Part shown: piece after piece, positions 61,677 through 64,000 of the stretch
How the letters are laid out: every line of letters starts with the position of its first letter
Numbering within the stretch: the first letter of the stretch is position 1
NCBI GenBank assembly: GCA_963797555.1
Contig: CAWCPV010000002.1
Span: 128,001-192,000 of the forward strand
Reading direction: 5' to 3'
DNA from: an uncultured Gammaproteobacteria bacterium
Lineage (GTDB): Bacteria; Pseudomonadota; Gammaproteobacteria; CAWCPV01
Length of the DNA: 64,000 nucleotides
Position numbers and translations under genes: made by a program
The notes under the pieces: generated by a model
Seen by the model: only the letters and a program-made list of their open reading frames with translations
What the model was told of the DNA's origin: nothing
Database searches by the model: none

Positions 61677-63517
61677 ATGGCTGCGGAAGAGGACGCAATT
61701 GCGGACTTAGAGCACAAGCTACGCAGCCTCGAGTCGCTCCGCAGCGAGCTCGGGGACGCGCTCTTTAACCGCAAGCGAGCGGGGCTCGAAGCCCGGTTGC
61801 GGGACCTGCGGGAAGCGCGATCCGTTCAGACGCCTCGGAGATCCAGGCGGCGGGCGGCTCCGGGGCCCCACGTGGCAGGCGATGTCGACACCGGCGGCGG
61901 CCACTTCGTCGGCGGCAACCAGTACAAGTTCGAATACAGGGACCAGCCCCCGCGCGAGCTTCTTCTTGCCTATTACCGCTGCCTCGCCCAGGACTGCGCG
62001 CGCCTGCCGCTCGGCGTTGTAGACCCCCGTTTCGTGTCCGCAGGCAGCAAAAAAGAGGAGCTGTCGCTGGCGAGCATCTACACCGACCTCGACGTGGTGG
62101 CGTTGCCGCGGGAGCAGAACGAGGCGGCGGAGCGCTGGGGACTGCGCCTTGCCCGGGGCGAAGGTGGCGAGCGCACCCCGCTGCTCTCGGCGATCGCCGA
62201 CGACCGCTTCGCCCGGCTCGCCCTCATCGGCGACCCCGGCTCCGGCAAGACCACCTTCGTCAACTACCTGACCTTTCTGCTCGCCCGTGCGGCGGCGCCA
62301 GCGCTGCCGGGCGCGCTGAAGGGCTTGATCCCGGTGCGGCTCGTGCTGCGCAACGCCGTGCGTCACATCCCCGGGGAGGCCGAGAAGGGCAGCGGCGCGA
62401 TGCTCTGGGAGGCGCTCCGCGCCGACATCGAGGGGTATCTGGGGAGGGCGGCCACCGAACGGCTGTTCCCGCACCTGCAAGACCGCCTGCTGAAGCAGCC
62501 CGGTCTTTTCCTGCTGGACGGGCTGGACGAGGTGCCCGAGGCGGAGCACCGGCGGCGCTCGCTGCTGGAGGCCATCGCCGCGCTGGCCGGGAGCCTGCCG
62601 GTAGGCTCGCGCCTGCTGCTCACGGCGCGGCCCTACGCCTATGCCGATCCCAAGTGGCATCTCCCGGGATTCGAGCTGCTCGCGCTGTCCCCCTTCAGCG
62701 CCGAACAGGTGCGGCGGTTCGTGGGCCGCTGGTACGCGGCGGTACAGCCGGTGATGGGCTGGGATGCCGCCGCGGCGCAGGATCGGGCCCGGAAGCTCGA
62801 GCAGGTGCTGCTGGTCGAGCGGCCGGAGCTGGCGGACCTCGCGTCGCGCCCGCTGCTGCTCACGCTGATCGCCACCCTGCACACGAGCTGGGGACAGCTC
62901 CCGGACGACCGCGCCGACCTCTACGAGGAATCGGTCAAGCTCTTGCTGTCGCGCTGGCAGCGCGGCCGGGAGGTGCGGGGCGAGGACGGCAAGCCGGTGC
63001 AGGAGCCCGGCATCGCCCGGGCCCTGAGCTGGACGAGTCGGTCATCCGCGGCGCCCTGGAGCTGGGCTTGGCGCCATGGCGCCTGTCGCTGCCGAGTGAG
63101 GCCCAGTGGGAGAAAGCGGCCCGGGGGCCCGAGGGCCGGCGCTGGCCCTGGGGCGACGAGTGGGCCGAGGACCGTGCCAACACCCAGGAGGCCGGTCTTC
63201 AGGAGACGAGCGCGGTGGGCCTGTTTCCCAAGGGCAAGAGCGCATATGGCCTGCTGGATCTGGCGGGTAACGTCTGGGAGTGGACCACGAGCCGGTGGGG
63301 GCGCAGGTACTCTATGCCGGACTATCGCTACCCCTACGATGCGGCGGACGGGCGTGAAGACCTGAGCGGTTCTGATCCGTGCGTGGTGCGTGGCGGTTCC
63401 TGGGGCACCGCTCGGAGGGGCGCGCGCTGCGCCTGCCGCAACAGGGGTCCCGCGGACGACTTCGACAGCGACCTGAATTTTCGTGTCGTGGTGTCCCTGG
63501 CGGATTCTGGTTTCTGA
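61677..63517 (+). CDS. NACHT NTPase plus partial FGE-sulfatase (CLec-fold) domain; frameshift near 63026 and probable internal deletion
   Basis: GDPGSGKTT, LLDGLDE, TARPY, PLLLTL; then LPSEAQWEKAARG, DLAGNVWEW, VVRGGSW. The first half of the FGE domain is not visible. Confidence 0.85.
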
Positions 63518-63531
63518 TTTCTGGATTCTGA
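63383..63531 (+). repeat. Candidate DGR variable region followed by four 7-bp WTTCTGR repeats
   Basis: VVRGGSW...ARCA.R...FRVVVS with mostly NNC/NNT codons at variable positions; ATTCTGG TTTCTGA TTTCTGG ATTCTGA at 63504-63531. Confidence 0.6.
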
Positions 63532-63557
63532 TGCGCTCGTCTTGAGGTAGTCCCGCC

Positions 63558-63707
63558 ATGGCTGTGCGCTTCGACCGGCTCTACCACGCCGTTACCACCT
63601 TCGACAACCTGTTCCGCGCTTACCGGAACGCAGCCCGAGGCAAGCGTGGTCAGCCGCAGGGCAGGTCCAGGGTGGCGAGCCATGACCTCTCGCGGCGAGC
63701 CTGGTAA
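63558..63707 (+). pseudogene. N-terminal stub of a DGR-type reverse transcriptase
   Basis: GAGG RBS; MAVRFDRLYHAVTTFDNLFRAYRNAARGKR fits the RT N-terminal pattern (LY....F.NL..AY..A.RGKR); stops after 49 codons, below the ORF-track cutoff. Confidence 0.7.
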
Positions 63708-63744
63708 GGTAAGGCATCGAGGCGTTGACGGAGGTTTCCGGACG

Positions 63745-63957
63745 ATGAAATATCGGGTTCTCATCGAGCAGGACGAGGACGGGATGTTCACAGCGCAGTG
63801 CCCTGCCCTGCCGGGATGTGTGACGCAGGGGCAGACACGGACCGAGGCCATCGAGAACATCCGGGAGGCGATCGCGGGCTACCTGGAGAGCCTGAAGAAA
63901 CACGGCGAGCCAGTGCCACCCTCGGTGGACGAGGAGATCGTCGAGGTCGCCGTTTGA
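63745..63957 (+). CDS. HicB-family antitoxin
   Basis: Y.V.IE.DEDG.F.A.CP.LPGC.TQG.T..EA..NI.EAI. Confidence 0.88.
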   Translation: MKYRVLIEQDEDGMFTAQCPALPGCVTQGQTRTEAIENIREAIAGYLESLKKHGEPVPPSVDEEIVEVAV

Positions 63958-64000
63958 CGCGGCTCCCGTCACTTTCCGGGCGTGAGCTGTGCAGGGTACT
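63954..64000 (+). CDS. HicA-family toxin, 5' part (runs off window)
   Basis: TTG start overlapping the hicB stop; MTRLPSLSGRELCRV is a typical HicA start. Confidence 0.65.
   Translation, partial: MTRLPSLSGRELCRV

Noticed and set aside
63383-64000. Complete active DGR
   Set aside because: No template repeat or avd found by eye in the window, and the RT is only a 49-codon stub.

Overview
GC-rich chromosomal window, most likely from a gammaproteobacterium (cinA-thpR-recA-recX-alaS-lysC-csrA-tRNA-Ser-tRNA-Arg synteny). (1) 1-2.8 kb: the end of an IS66-type element carrying a DUF4338 gene, inserted into a nuclease-like gene, then a structured intergenic element. (2) 2.8-11.3 kb: a sigma54-type operon encoding a KamA aminomutase, two ATP-grasp ligases, a GNAT-deacetylase fusion and a GNAT, with a -24/-12 promoter, three palindromic enhancer-like sites and an upstream NtrC-type activator. 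(3) 11.3-42.4 kb: mostly housekeeping genes (gor, prlC, xth, thiS/thiG, trmB, ttcA-like, hemW, pntAB, ampDE, btuF-like, rubrerythrin cluster, recA region), an IS110 remnant and an exported GGPGGM-repeat protein. (4) 42.4-59.5 kb: a 17-kb island in tRNA-Arg(ACG) bounded by a 47-bp direct repeat. It carries ParDE, mobile mystery A/B, an IS630-disrupted relaxase, an XRE-ImmA/PIN pair divergent from DUF2188 plus a complete type III CBASS (Cap6, Cap8, Cap7, CD-NTase, nuclease-SAVED), and a convergent DUF4062-NB-ARC-TPR gene clipped by ISL3. (5) 59.5-64 kb: integrase and IS3 relics, a NACHT-FGE/CLec gene ending in a DGR-type variable region followed by a 49-codon RT-like stub, and hicBA. Several single-base indels in otherwise intact genes may be sequencing errors. 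All family assignments come from motif recognition by eye, not database searches.
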